Part shown: piece by piece, positions 47,824-62,128 of the stretch
How the letters are laid out: each line of letters starts with the position of its first letter
How positions within the stretch are numbered: position 1 is the stretch's first letter
Program-made: the position numbers and the translations under genes
The notes under the pieces: generated by a model
Told to the model about the DNA's origin: nothing
The model's input: the letters and a program-made list of their open reading frames with translations, nothing else
Databases searched by the model: none
NCBI GenBank assembly: GCA_038087875.1
Contig: CM075989.1
Coordinates: 25,236,001 to 25,300,000, forward strand
Source: Malacoraja senta
Taxonomy: Eukaryota
Reading direction: 5' to 3'
Length of the DNA: 64,000 nucleotides

Positions 47824-48211
47824 CAAAGATCCTATAGCGAGCAAGATAGTCCACTCGACGAAAAAGACGTGGTACGGTCATGGGCAGACTCATGGGTAAT
47901 TTAAGGCCCCATTTCCGTAACCGGCTATCGTCTCCGCACCAAATATCCCATAGGATAATAGTGCAGAGACGGAAGCCGGTTACGGAAACATCCTCCTAAA
48001 AATAAAAGTTATTTGGTAAAAATCTTCTCATTTTCAGAAATTTAATTTATTAACACAAACTGTTCCCCCGCAACATTGATTACACTGCAAGTCGGGTCGG
48101 GTCACGGAAATGGATGAAAAAAAAGGCCCACGTTCCGTTCCGTTGCGTACTACACGTCAGCCTCTGGCATTTAGCAGGAGTGGTCTATCTTGCTCCGCTA
48201 TAGGATCTTTG
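47824..48211. mobile_element. 388-bp non-autonomous TIR DNA transposon (P- or hAT-like)
   Basis: About 33-bp TIR CAAAGATCCTATAGCG(G)AGCAAGATAG(T/A)CCACTC; perfect 8-bp TSD GTCAAAAC at 47816-47823 and 48212-48219. Confidence 0.88.
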
Positions 48212-50483
48212 GTCAAAACCACAACACAGACACAGGAAGCTACCCCCTCCCTCCCCTCTTCAAGAAAGTTAAAGGAATGTTAATTTGTACTAAGGTGTTG
48301 CTGAATGGCTTCATTATTTCTCAGGATGTCCTCTCACAGTCTTCTGATAACAAGCTCTGTTTAACATAGAGGTTGGCAGAAAATGTAGAAAGTGATTTAA
48401 ATACGATGCAAATATCAGTTGATAAGTTGATACGATTCAACTGAATGTAGCTCTGAATTGTACGGATGACATCTCGGCAAATAAAAAGAGAAACTGTAGC
48501 CTAGAGTGGACTTTACTCCACAACAGTGCTATAAAGTATTGACATTTCAACAAAGATGGGATCAGTAGATAATTTCATACATAGTGAAAGCCAGGAGGAA
48601 ATCACCATGGCGCCGAAAAAGTTAAGATGTTAGTTTGAAGCTAAGTGAAGCTAACCACTCTCACTTTTAACAGAGCCAGATATTTCTATGATTGTTTGCA
48701 TAAAGTATTCACTCAGACCTCAATTCCTGAGATTATGCAACCAATAACCATGCTCCAACACTCTACTGATATATACACACATTCTACTCCCAAACAACTT
48801 TTCCTTTAACACTAGCTTTAATAAAGCAGCCCATAAATTTAAATGGCTTCTTCAGCTTACAGTAAACGAACAGCACATACATGAACAGATGCCTCGGGGA
48901 GGGAGTTAATTTGGAGTCAAATAAAATCCTTGGAATGCAAGATGGATTGGCTCAATCCATGAGAAGGGATTGATGATCAGGAATGGAGCCTTGAAGTACT
49001 GGATCAAACAACAATTGACCGAGTGGAAGAGCCAGACTACAAGGTAGAATTTTCAAAACCAAGCACCAATGCATGATTGATTGTAATGGGCTGGCTTGGC
49101 AAGGCAAGCCAAACGCAAGGCAAGCCAAAGGCCAACTCTGGTGGTAATGCACATCAAGATGTGCCAGTGATCCCAAAGAAAATATGGTCCGTTCTCTTCT
49201 GTTCAATTTTCTTCTGAACTATTTTGTGGCCAAACTAAAGCCCTTCTTCTTCTTGCGAATGAAACATAAACCAAAGGAATAGTTAGATCTCAAGCCGGGT
49301 GTTGAGCAGCCAGGTTGTTGTCTCTGTGTCAACTAAAGTCCAAGATCTACACTTTTGGATTAGGATGGAGTGTTGGGGTCTGGATCCCGTCTCAATATTT
49401 TAAAGGATTAACCAGCATTTCTTTTCTAAGCAAACATTACAAAAGGGTTAAAACCCCTATGTTCTAGATCTATGGCTCAAATAAGTGAACAACATGAATG
49501 GAGAAATTTACTTTGTGGAGGAAGGATTGGGCAGGAGATGAAAGCATAGACTTTAGAAAGGCCAGTATATGCAACACAATAAAATGAAGATACTGCAAAA
49601 GTGGACCCAAATTAATGTAAGGCGATAGGACAAGACAGTGAATCACAGCAATGATGAAATTAAACCAAAGTTAGTGGAGAAGATGGCCACCAATCACCTC
49701 CATAAAAATCCATAGCCTGCTAAATTTACACAACACTTGATGAATAAACAAATTATAACTTAGTCATTGCTTCACTGTTGGCATCTAAAATCTATACATT
49801 ATGACAAAAAGTAACAAGGTTAACAACTGAAGTCTGATACATTAGCTAATTGACCAAAAGTTAAATAAAAGTAATGGAGTAACAACCAAGTTGATGTGCA
49901 ATAGCCCCTCAATATTAAAGGGGCTTAAATCCTTTCAGAAATTTAATTATCATGGCCAAATTATTCACATTATAAATGGAGATACAAGTAACTGCAGATG
50001 CTGAAATCTTGAGCAAAATACAAAGTGCTGGAGTAGATCAGCAGGTTAGGCAGCATCTGTGGCGGGAATGAACAATTAACGCTTTGGTTTGGGACCAGAT
50101 GTTAGTTGACAAATGGATGGAAGTCTGGAGTACAGTCCCGGCCCAAAGCGGCACCTGTCCACTGCCTCCACAAATGCTGCCTAATCTGCCGAGTTACTCC
50201 AGCACTGTGTTTCATTCACATGAGAGTTAGATGTTGTAATCTCGGGGAGCTGGACGGCCATGATTTTACCCCTCTGCTCCTCGACCTGGAGCACTGTAAA
50301 TGTGCCGCGGGTATAAATCAGCCCACCATTCACCACAATATTAAACAGCCCATGTGTGGCCACAACGTTCCTTTATTCAAAGTAAAAGGTCTTATCTGTA
50401 AAACGTTTATTTACAATATAATCAATTTACTTTATAAAAAACATTAAAAAATAAATTATGAAGTTCTCCAGCCGAGCTGGATA

Positions 50484-52073
50484 TTATGCTGTCCTCTTTG
50501 AACTATCAAGTGTGCTGGCGTTGCTGGGACTGGGCCGATGCCTCTCCAGCCACAGCTCGGCTAGCTGCTGCGTGGAACTGTATGTCGATGCTCGCGACGC
50601 CAAGCACATTTTGTATTGATTAGGTTCCAAATTTGGGTCACAGTAGATTGGATGATGGATATGAATGATTCCAACTTCTTGACTCCTGAATGGTTTTAAA
50701 CCAACCTGAATGACTTTGTTGTAGAGATCTACGTCCTCCATTCCCCAGCCCTGGATCGAGATGTTGAACCCACCAGCAAATAGAAGATCACTTTTGTACA
50801 CACATGTGATCCCAAAGCCATAGTGTCTCCAGAATCCAGTCTTCATTGTAAAAGCAGAATTGTTGTCACTGGGAGGTTTGCCAGCATGTACAATCTTGGG
50901 GTCAAACTGGGTAAAGATAATTGGAAAATATACTTGCTTCCCTGGCACAGCATTAGTTCTGCAACGCTGCAGAAAATCCACCGTAAAGATCAAGTCAACA
51001 TCACAAAACAGAAGTAGGGAGTCATTGCTAAACTGGGCAGCTCCAAGGTGCAGAGCAAGAGCTCTTGAAAACTGCCCCAGAACTGCCCGGACCTGGATCT
51101 CTGCTTTGGGATATTTCACCTGATAATCTCTTGTCAACTCAAATTGTTTTATTTTGTCTGGATTTGAATCGGAATTGAGTAGCAATATAACTAACCTGAC
51201 ATTTTGATTTGTAATCAGACAAGTCCTTTCAAAGTTTTCCATGAATCTCACAAACATTTCATAGCGACCAGACAGAGGGACCAAGACGTTGATTTTCTGA
51301 TCTTTGGGCTTATGTTCAACATTACTGGCTCCAAGTTGGAAGGGGACAAATATTTGGAGTGGGTTTGAGAGGATGGAGAGAGATTGTGAGTTCCTGTTAA
51401 TTTGGTTAGCCAAGTCTGCAGCATCAATCTCTTCACTCTCATAAAACTGGACCTTGCTGAATGTTTGCTGCAGATAAGCATGTCTTCTTACAGGGACAGT
51501 CATCTTCTTTCCCTTGTGCTTTTTATAGAGAAGGAGCAGGTCAAGTACATACTCTGCCCCATACATAGGGTTAACCCTTCTGTAGCCATACTGAATTTCT
51601 TTGAAGTCAATAATGCGGCCTCTAGATTTGGCGTTGGCATTAATCATTTCCATCAACTGCATGATGATGTCATCTAAAGCTTCTTTCTGAGACAGATCCA
51701 TCCCCTTTCTTGGCGGCTCTCCATCAAAAGCCGAATAAAGGTGTTTCCCCGTCAGGAAGTCCCATTCCAGAACCTCGTCCCTGTTCCCAGGCTGGAAGCG
51801 CATAAAGGAAGGTGGAATTCCCAACTGGATGTCATCTGGGTGAAGCTCAGTGTTGGTGTACTTGCCCATGAGTGCCACCTCCCGGTGAAGCAGTATGGTG
51901 CGGTGACGAAACTCAGACATTCGGTGGCTCAGCATGTAGCGGTGGAGGCGGTATTGATATTCGGGGCTCTTGTTTGGATGTAGCGTGATTGCACGCCGGA
52001 TCTTGGTGTTGTGGAGGTCCTGGATATAACCTTTTTTGTTCTGTTCGTAGTTTTCATAAAATAGCTGCTGCAT
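50484..52073 (-). CDS. CHSY1: Chondroitin sulfate synthase 1, last coding exon (upstream exons not found in the window)
   Basis: Pyrimidine tract plus CAG acceptor at 52074-52076 (minus); MQQLFYENYEQNKKGYIQDLH...QYGYRRVNPMYGAEYVLDLLLLYKKHKGKKMTVPVRRHAYLQQTF...FCDVDL (DxD)...GWGMEDVDL...RTA*; convergent with LRRK1 as in human. Confidence 0.96.
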   Translation of the reverse strand: MQQLFYENYEQNKKGYIQDLHNTKIRRAITLHPNKSPEYQYRLHRYMLSHRMSEFRHRTILLHREVALMGKYTNTELHPDDIQLGIPPSFMRFQPGNRDEVLEWDFLTGKHLYSAFDGEPPRKGMDLSQKEALDDIIMQLMEMINANAKSRGRIIDFKEIQYGYRRVNPMYGAEYVLDLLLLYKKHKGKKMTVPVRRHAYLQQTFSKVQFYESEEIDAADLANQINRNSQSLSILSNPLQIFVPFQLGASNVEHKPKDQKINVLVPLSGRYEMFVRFMENFERTCLITNQNVRLVILLLNSDSNPDKIKQFELTRDYQVKYPKAEIQVRAVLGQFSRALALHLGAAQFSNDSLLLFCDVDLIFTVDFLQRCRTNAVPGKQVYFPIIFTQFDPKIVHAGKPPSDNNSAFTMKTGFWRHYGFGITCVYKSDLLFAGGFNISIQGWGMEDVDLYNKVIQVGLKPFRSQEVGIIHIHHPIYCDPNLEPNQYKMCLASRASTYSSTQQLAELWLERHRPSPSNASTLDSSKRTA

Positions 52074-53339
52074 CTGTGAAGAAAGGAAAACGCAGAGATC
52101 AAACTTCATAGATGTGTGCATTGTGCTGTCTCTACATTAAAAAAACAGGCAGGAGTAGGCCATTTGACCTCGAGTCTTATCTACTATTTTAATTCGATCC
52201 AACTGATACTCAAATTCAGTACGCCGTTCTAGCTTTTTCCTCATATCCCTGCTCTCTCTAACCTCAAGAAAAATTAAAAGATACGGTAATGTATTGAGTG
52301 CGTTTGCAGCCGTCACCCTCCACACACAATCATTCTTTGTGTTTCAGGTGACACTAATGGAGGTGCTGAGTCAAGTACAATGGTGATCAACTCTGTGACC
52401 AGGATCGGCACTCCTGGACCACAGGCACAGGCTGGGCTGACACTGTTCCATCGGCCAAGGACAGATTGGCCTAAAACTGGGCCCCTTTTGGCCTATGCTG
52501 CTCAGATGGTGCACTCATTTGCTGACTGGATTTTGAATGAGCCATTGCCCCAGGTGCCAAAAAGTGTGCCTGCTCTCTGATAAACCTCTGCTTGTTAGGA
52601 ACATTATGCACTAATCACCCATGGAAAACTTGACCTACATATCAGTATCGTGCTGTAGTAAGAAAATACAAATTGCGTCTCAAAGGAGTTTGAAAAAGGC
52701 AGAAGCAAAGCACAGAATGACAGTGTATTTTCAGCACAGCGTTGCCACAACCAGACAATTCTAACCCAACATTTATATTCAACGCCAGCTTCCCTTCACG
52801 CAAACATTTGATACGGTGTTTTTAGTAAACGCTTGCAATATAAGATTTAAGCAGCACCATATATATTTCAGGCATCATCTTCCTTTGTGCTCCGTGTTGA
52901 TGCCCTCTATGGGCACTGTGTTGATGCCCTCTGTGGGCACACTGCATGCAGCAGCACCCCAGCTTCACCCATCCAGGAGAAGATTCAGTACACAGGTCTC
53001 CTCAGCTTCATGTTTGATTCATCTTCTATCTCGGAGTAGCTGAATGATTTAAAATGATGCCATAGCCCCTAACATTGCCCCAAAGATACGAAACACTCCA
53101 AAATACTAGCAGCATAAATAGTTCCAATGATAGGTGATGGAGCTGAAACATAACCGTTTCACGCTTCACTAGCACTGCCCAATTACAGAGTATACGACTA
53201 TGTTCCTAATTGCCCATTACACCCAAGTCCAATGATTTAGGATTCAAAAGGCCACGTATCAGGACTTGAAACATTTCTCACTTTTGTTTTCCTTTTTATT
53301 AAGTAAAGCCAATTTATGGTACGGGAATAAAAATGCTTC

Positions 53340-55410
53340 ATAAGATCATGTAATTGGAGCAGTTAGGCCATTCGGCCCATCAAATGTACTCCGCCATTCA
53401 ATCATGGCTGATCTATCTCTCCCTCCTAGCCCCATTCTCCTGCCCTCTCCCCATAACCCGTACTAATCTACTATCTCTGCCTTAAAAATATCCACTGACG
53501 TGGCCTCCAGCCTTCTGTGGCAAAGAATTCCACAGATTCACCACCCTCTGACTAAAGAAATTCCCTCTCATCTACTTCCTAAAGGAATGTCCTTTAATTC
53601 TGAGGCTATGACCTCAAGCCCGAGACTCTCCCACAAGTGGAAACATCCTCTCCACATCCACTCTATCCAAGCCTTTCACTATCCTGTGTATTTCAATGAT
53701 GACCCCCCTCATTCTTCTAAACACCAGTGAGTACAGGCCCAGTGCTGTCAAACGCTCATCATTCCTGGGATCATTCTTGTAAACCTCCTCTGGACCCTCC
53801 CCAGAGCCAGAACATCCTTCTTCAGATATGGTGCCCAAATTTGCTCACAATATTCTAAATGCGGCCTGACCAGTGCCTTATAGAACCTCAGCATTACATC
53901 AGGTACACAAAAATGCTGGAGAAACTCAGCGGGTGCAGCAGCATCTATGGAGCGAAGGAAATAGGCAACGTTTCGGGCTGAAACCCTTCTTCAGACTGAT
54001 GGGGGAGTGGGAGGGGGCAGGGAGAAGAAAGGAAAAAGGAGGAGGAGCCCGAGGGCTGAGGGAGAGCTGGGAAGGGGAGGAGACAGCAAGGGCTAACAGA
54101 ATTGTGAGAATTCAATGTTCATGCCACCAGGATGCAGACTCCCCAAGTTGAATATGAGGTGCTGTTCCTCCAATTTCCGGTGGTGCTCACTCTGGCCATG
54201 GAGGAGGACCAGGACAGAGGTCGGATACGGAATGGGAGGGGGAGTTGAAGTGCTGAGCCACCGGGAGGTCAGGTTGGTTAATGCGGACCGAGCGGAGGTG
54301 TTCGGCGAAACGATCGCCAAATCTACGCTTGGTCTCACCGATGTAGATCAGCTGACATCTAGAGCAGCGGATGCAATAGAAAGTGCCCGGGGAGGGGGTG
54401 GTGCGGGAGGGAAGGGAAGAATTGACAAGGGAGTTACGGAGGGAGCGGTCTTTGCGGAAGGCAGACAGGGGGGGAGATGGGAAGATGTGGTGAGTGGTGG
54501 GGTCACGTTGGAGGTGGCGAAACTGACGGAGGACTATATGTTGTATGTGATGGCTAGTGGGGTGAAAGGTGAGGACTAGGGGGACTCTGCCCTTGTTGCG
54601 AGTGGGGGGATGGGGAGAGAGAGCAGTGTTACGGGGTATGGAAGAGACCCTGGTGCGAGCCTCATCTATAGTAGGGGAGGGAAACCCCCGTTCCCTGAAG
54701 AATTAGGACATTTCCGATGCCCTGGTGTGGAACACCTCATCCTGGGAGCAGATGCGGCGTAGACGGAGGAATTGGGAATAGGGGATGGAGTCCTTACAGG
54801 AAGCAGGGTGGGAAGAAGAGTGGTCTAGATAGCCATGGGAGTCAGTGGGTTTATAGTGGATGTCGGTCAGAAGTATATCACCTGCGATGGAGATAATGAG
54901 GTCAAGGAATGGTAGGGAAGTGTCGGAAATGTCCAGGTGTATTTGAGTGCCGGATGGAAGTTAGTGGTGAAGCGGATGAAGTCAGTTAGTTGTGTGTGGG
55001 TGCAGGAGGTGGCACCAAAGCAATTGTCGATGTAGCGGAGGTAGAGGTCGGGGATGGGGCCCTGGTACGCCTCGAACAAGGATTGTTCGACGTACCCGAC
55101 AAAGAACCTCCTCTCTCAGCATTACATCCCTGTTTTTGTATACAAGCCCTCTCGAAATAAATGCTAGCATTGCACTTGCTTCCTTTACTAACCGATTGCG
55201 ACTTGCAGATTAACCTTTTGGGAATCCTGCACCAGCTAAGTCCATTTGCACCTCTAATTTCTGGATTCTCTCCCCATTTAGAAAACAGTCTACACCTTTG
55301 TTCCAACTACCAAAATGCACGACTCCACACTTTACTACACTATATTCCATCTGCCACTTCTCTGCCCACTCTCCCAACCTGTCCAAGTCCTTCTGCGGAG
55401 TCCCTGTCTG
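53340..55410 (-). mobile_element. Degraded CR1 fragment interrupted by a Penelope-like insertion
   Basis: CR1 RT remnants (DLDRLGEWAEKWQMEYSVVKC, ERLTALGLYSL) on both sides of the insert. Confidence 0.8.
53901..55114 (-). mobile_element. Penelope-like element fragment (RT C-terminus plus GIY-YIG) with TSD
   Basis: YLRYIDNCFGA (YIDD-like), FHPALKYTW, KLEEQHLIFNLGSLHPGGMN; TSD ctcagcattacatc at 53887-53900 and 55115-55128. Confidence 0.85.
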
Positions 55411-57309
55411 CCCTTCACCTATTTTCTTGGGGAGGGAAACTAATAACATACAAGTAATGTTAAGAGACCAACGTGATCCTAGAATGCACGTCTTCAGATT
55501 CCCAATATTGAAAAGGCAAGTTTTCTGAACCAGCTTAGCCAAATCACAATACGAGAGCCATTCATGCTACAATTATATACAAATAATTACTGTTAAACCA
55601 CCACAAGGAGGATGTGACAGCACTAGAATTGTAGAGTAAGTTGATGAGAGTCACGCAGTTCAAGTCACCATATCTGCAAGAACATTTGTAGATTATCATC
55701 AGGAATACGGCTCATCGACCTATAGTGCTAAAGTACTTTAACAAGGTATCCAACAAAAAGTTGTCAAACATTTTTATACTTTATACTAAAATCAGATTCA
55801 CACTTCAGACCAAATTGTCAGTTAAATTTGAGAGATTACTCCATGATCAATTGTTTACCGCTGTAAATATGAGTGCCTCTCTCCGCCCACCATTAAACCT
55901 TTTTGTAATCAATTCAAAAGAAGTTATTTTTGCACATCCCACGCCAGGTTATTCGAGACCATAGGCAGAGGTGAAAACAGAATCTGTGATTGATGAGGCA
56001 GGATCTGGAATAGGCTTGAATTAGCAAGGAATGTGCAGTTTACTTTACAGTGCGTCTGACACATGAAGCAGAGGCATAGAAAGTGCTTTGTTTTTAGTTG
56101 CTGTGAACAAGATTCGTTTATGCAGTATGCAGAATATCAAGGCACCGGCTCCCAACACCTTCGTAAGTGCAACTTGCCTTCTTTCTAGGTAGACTTGGAC
56201 AAATTCAGAGAAACGCATACTGAGATTTCCCCCTCTATCCCTGGAGAACGACAGACTAAAATAGTATAGACTGTACGGCCATGTCCAGCCACCAGAGTTC
56301 CATAGGTCTCACAAAGTGCAAAATTTAATGAAAATGTTTAAAATATTATCAGCAATACTCAGCTTGAAACCATCAGCAATTTAAAATTGTTGCAGGCCAA
56401 CTGCTGGTTAGTTGGGAGGGAATCTTCCTTGGACATTATGCACAGTGAACAGAATGAATAGTTCCCAGGTTTAATTAAGGGAGTTTGAATCACAGCATAT
56501 TTTGTGAAAATAGGTTAATAACTAAACAAAACAGTAAACCCAGGCTTGTATCCAAATCTAAACTGGATTCAAAACCTAAAGCAAGATTTAAAACATTGCT
56601 CCGTTATGTTAATTTGAGGTTGCTGGCCTAATCAATAATCAATGTCGCAACTCTTGAGGTTGGCACTGGATGTACTATTGTTTGGCTTTACCCAAAATCA
56701 TATTCACGACACATGCTCACTCAAACTGGAGTGCATGTTTTCTCCGCACAGTATCCAGTTAATGGTGACAACTGGAAGTGGAATAATACAACCCTTATAT
56801 TATAGCTACAATGTTTTGCCATTAAAAAAAACCTTGACATTTAAATATCAAATGCAGAATTCGTGTGCACGGAGATGGTTATGGTTAAATAATGGAAAAA
56901 GGAAGAGCCGATTAATACCAAAATGATTGCTCATTCTCAAATGGAGTTCATGAAACTGGATTGTCAACTTTGCTTCTGGAACTGGTACTCTGTACAGAAA
57001 AAAAGAGACTCGGTTATATTTGTGGATGATGCCATAAAATATGTACTTTCCTACCTAATAATTATTTTTAAAAAGTGAACCTCCATTTGAAGATTCATAT
57101 TTTTTCATGGTGCACACACATCATAGATTGTAATAACCCAAGCCCAGGGCAGTAGGGCCTTGAAGGTTAGAGCATGCTATTCAACTGATTGAAGTATATA
57201 GTTTACCAATGCAGCCTGTATAAGTTTGCATTGACCTCCTTACTCATTTGGGCAGAGCCTGCATGGATGGAATAAACCCCTTGCTTTATCCATCCACAAG
57301 CAAATAGTC

Positions 57310-58520
57310 AAAGAGTGATAGTGTGGAAACAGGCCCCTCCATGTATATGTCTAACTGTTTCTTAAATGCTGGGATAGTCCCTGCCTCAGCTACCTCATCT
57401 GGCAGCTTGTTCCATACAACCACAACCCTTTGTGTTAAAAAGTTACTTCTCAGACTCATATCAAATCTTTTCCCCCTTCACCTTAAACCGATGTCCTCAA
57501 TTCACCAACTCTGGGCAAGAGACTGTGTGCATCTACCCAATCTATTCCTCTCATGATTTTATACATCTCTATAAGATCACCTCTCATCTTCCTGCACTCC
57601 AAGGAATAGAGTCCCAGTCTACTCAGACCCTCTAGTCCGGGCAACATCCTCGTAAATCTTCTTTGATACCTTTCCAGCTTGACCTCTTTCCTATAGCATG
57701 GTACCCAGAACTGAACACAATACTCTAAATGCAACCTCACCAATGTCTTATACAATTGCAACATGATTTCCCAACTTTTATACGCAATATTCTGATTGAT
57801 GAAGGCCAATGTGCCAAAAGCCTTTTTGACCACCCAATGCGACTCCACCTTCAAGGAACCATGCACCTGCACGCCTAGATCCCTCTGCTCTATAACACTC
57901 CCCAGAGCCCTACCATTTACTGTGTAGGTCCTGCAATTGTTAGACGTCCCAAAATTCAACACTTCACACTTCTCTGTATTAAATTCCATCAACCATTCCT
58001 CAGCCCACCTGGCCAATCGATCATGATCCTGCTGCAATTTTTCACAACCATCTTCACTATCTGCAAAACCACCCACTTTTGTATCATCTGCAAACTTGCT
58101 AATCTTGCCTTGTATGTTCTCATTCAAATCATTGATGTAGATGACAAACAGTAACGGGCCCAGCACCGAACCCTGAGGCGCACCACTAGTCACAGGCCTC
58201 CAGTCCGAGAAGCAACCTTCCACCATCACCCTCTGCTTCCTTCCATGAAGCCAATTTTCTATCCATTGAGCTATCTCTCCTTGGATCCCATGCAATCTAA
58301 CCTTCCATAGCAGCCTACCATTCAGCACCTTGTCAAATGCTTTTCTGAAGTCCACATACACATCTACAACTCTGCTCTCATCGACCTTTTTGGTCACCTT
58401 TTTTTCAAAAACCTGAGATTTGTGAGACACAACCTCCCACTTACAAAACCATGCTGACTATCCCTAATCAGCCCTTGCCCAACTAAATGCCTATATATCC
58501 TATCCCTCAGAATATTCTCT
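57310..58520 (-). mobile_element. CR1 LINE 3' fragment (RT)
   Basis: YVDFRKAFDKV, GAPQGSVLGP, KFADDTK, RLHLEYCVQFW; internal deletions. Confidence 0.9.
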
Positions 58521-61453
58521 ATTCCATTTCTCTCAATTCTATTCCCTTTCTCAAGGGATCTAAGTTTTAGGCCCTCAAGTTAGACTATTGCGATAACTTT
58601 CATTGCTGTGCTCGTTTCCATGCTTGCTGGCCAACAAACTTGGTCCACTCTGAAGTTCACGCATTAGGTCCAACTGAGATTGTAATAATCAATACTGACA
58701 CAGTTAATCCCATGTTGGTATTAATGTCCTGGTTTCTGACAAAACTCCACCCATCCAAGCAGGTCCACTCCTACGAAGTTTAAAAATCCCAAACACTAAA
58801 TTCATTCACTTTTCTTTAATGAATGTTGTCAGCCAAGATTGGCTGTTCAATGTGCCAGGATTTGCTGTCCAGAGGCCCCCTCCGAATGCTGTTCAATGAG
58901 GCAAATTTTCAGACAGAGAAACTATTGTTTAGCTTTTAATATAAAGTGTGACAGAGCAAAACTGATATTTTAAAAGCAAATGACAATATTATATATTTAT
59001 ACACACATCAACCACATGAGGAATTTAATAAAAGTAATCAAATGAAAGTAGTAGGTTTATTCTCCCTAGGTTCAATCTTCTTCCAATTCTCAAAAATACT
59101 ACATTAGTTTCATGTTTACTTTCAAACCAGCCCAGGGGCCCGTTTCCCCAAGCATATTTTGTACAAATCAAGAACTTAAGACTGTTATTTTGCGACCACG
59201 CCTATCAAAAAATGTTGTTCAATTGGTTAATCCTCATTCTATAATTATTGAAAATGAGAACAGTTCTCAGAATCTAAAAGCAGAGAAAGGAAAATTAAAA
59301 AAAATTAAAGACCTTCTGGAGCACAAACGCTTCCAAGCTTCAATGAGCAACAGATTCTAAAAAAAAGGTCCAGAATGCAAGGGAGTCGAGGATGGCTGGG
59401 CTGAATACGACATCTCATCTAATTCTAGTTCCATACAACCCTGGTGCTAGGCAGCTCCAGAGAAAACAAGGAGACAAGACACTGGAGTTATTGGAATCTT
59501 GAGCAAAAAACACAAACATCTGGAGGAACTCAATGGGTCAGGCGTCTGTTGAGGAAATGCACAGACAATGTTGTGTCTTGACCCTTCTTCGCACTCCCTG
59601 TAGAAATAGCTTCACTGTATCCATCCTGCTGAGGTTCCCAATAGTTTGTTTAGATGAAATCAGCCCTCTTTCTACAACTCAGGGACCCTTTCTGCTCATT
59701 CTTGAGATTAAATTAATTTCAATAACAATTTTAATGAAGCTTCACTGCATTGTCCCAAATGCAGCACGCGCAAGTTCAAACTGTGTACAGTACTCCAGAG
59801 ATGTTTGCATAGAATCAAAATCCCGTAACAAGGGGTTACAAAGGGGATGGAGTACCAGTGAATGTGCCTTCCTAATTACTTGCTCTACCTGCATTCCAAA
59901 ACTTGCAGATTGAATAAATCTTAATATAGAAGACCGAAGAAAATGTACGCATTTTGATATTCTATTCCTTTTACCAAAGTGGATACACTCGCATTTCCCC
60001 TTATTATATGTCAATGCCATATTTTCACCCATTCAAGCCAAGTAACTTCCTCCTCATTCAAACCCGTGTTCCCATCTGTCACGGACGGCTGAACCCTGAA
60101 TTTGCCCTTTAGCAAATTCATTAACAGATTGAAGCACCACTACATTCTGGGGTACAACAATAATTTAACTTTTATCCACTGAATGGCCCATTTATTCCTA
60201 CCATTTTCTATTAATAACCAATCCTCTACTAATACCAATACTTTACCACTAACCAATCCTCTACTAATTCAATACTGTACCAATAACCAATCCTCTACTA
60301 ATGGTCCATTCTTTGGAAAGTGTACCAAAATGTTACACACGTGACCAATCATATTTGACCTCTTACCTTAAACAAACATTGTCAGCATAACATAACATTT
60401 TCACTTGATAAACTGAAAAATAAGAATCATACATGCAGTGAAAAACAATATACCTGTAAAGCTTTCAGAATTAGAAGAGAGGTATTCTACAGTTTTTCAT
60501 CTTTTTGGTCACACACGTAACTAAGAATTGGCCTAATACCAATACCACCTTCAATCCCCTGACATTACCTTTTACAAATACTTCTGGCATGTCAATCGTG
60601 GTATTTTTACATCCAAATCCCCACTTGCATCCACAGATGTGACAATAGTGGCTATGCTAATGAAGTAGGAACAAGGGCATATTGCAAATACTGCAACAAA
60701 CGTAGGGAAGCTTCAATTAAAATCATTAAATGATGCCAGAATGAAGCACTGGTATCAAGTACAGTGGCCAGTAAACTCAGCCTGACAAAAAGCACAACCG
60801 ATTCACTAATATTCTTCAGGAAATACCACCCTTGTCTCGTCTGACCAATGTGGTTAACTTTTAAATGCTTCTTCAATTCAGGATCACCTCAGGAGGGAAA
60901 ACAGACACCATTGTTGTCAGTGGTAGACAAAAATGCTGGAGAAACTCAGCTGGTGAGGCAGCATCTATGGAGCGAAAGAAATAGGCAACATTTTGGTCCA
61001 CGACCACAGTTGTCAGTCATGTCCATGACTCATGATCAAAATCTGTCAAGGCTTTTCATTTAATGTAACTTTGCAGACAATCTCTAGACCCTACCTGGTC
61101 ATGTTATGGTTTCATATGAACCGTTATCACTTAGCATTTTCCCGACAATCAATATTGTGCTCATCCTCCTGCAGGGTAATGCTTTCTCCTTCCTTCCATT
61201 TATGGATGGCCATCTTAGACTGCAAAATGGCAAATATACAGGGGCCTTTGACAATTTACAACAAAAGTACCAACATCTTTTAGAACCCGGATGTGCAAGT
61301 TATCACATGCAATACATCTGTCAGCCTTGGTCTCATTAGTTTATGTGGCACATTTTCTCATGATGGATTTTCATTCTTTTATTTTCCTAATTCTTGTATT
61401 GTCGTTAATCTGTTTTAAATCTTCTCGCATTTCAGCTCTAAGGGAAACACTTA

Positions 61454-62128
61454 AGGGCATGTCCCACTCGCGTGTCCTTGCCACGCAAATTTCGCAACCT
61501 CGTGGTCACGTTGAGGCGTACAGGCATCGTATGGCCGCGCGGGGCCGGTCCCACTAAGAAGCGCGGAGGGGTATGGAGTTGTGCGCGGTATCGCGCGGGG
61601 CTCCGAAATCTTTGTAGCGAACAAAATCTTCGCGCGCCAACGGCCTGTCGCGGAACTGACGGCCCAAGACCCTGGCGCGACGCAACGTCTCACCTGCAAC
61701 AGCAGCAGAAGCAGGCAAACGATCGCCGAACTCGGCCTGGGGCTCACGGCCGTTGCAGTCCGGATCCGCCCCCGCTTCTACTCCCAGAGCGGGGCCAAGA
61801 AAATTGAAGATAGACACAAAATGCTGGAGAAACTCAGCGGGACCGGCAGCATCTCTGGAGAGAAGCAATGGGTGACGTTTCGGGTCAAGACCCTTCTTTT
61901 CAGACTGAAGAAGAGTCTCGACACGAAACCCATTACTTCTCTCCAGAGATGCTGCCGGTCCCGCTAAGTTACTCCAGCTTTGTGTCCATATTCAAATGAC
62001 GTCACGTGCTCCAGACGGCTGTACGGTCGAATGAAGTCACGCACGACCTTCGCGGGACCGTCGCGGCTCAACGCGACCACGAGGTCGCATAATTTGAGTG
62101 CCAAGGACACGTAAGTGGGACGGGCCCT
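61454..62128. mobile_element. PIF/Harbinger-like MITE carrying a Penelope-derived palindrome
   Basis: TIRs AGGGCATGTCCCACT / AGTGGGACGGGCCCT; TTA TSD at 61451-61453 and 62129-62131; CpG-rich, suggesting a young element. Confidence 0.82.

Noticed and set aside
52074..52121. N-terminal MHTSMKFDLCVFLSSQ of the 545-aa ORF as a real start
   Set aside because: Intronic polypyrimidine tract and CAG acceptor; homology starts at MQQLFYENY
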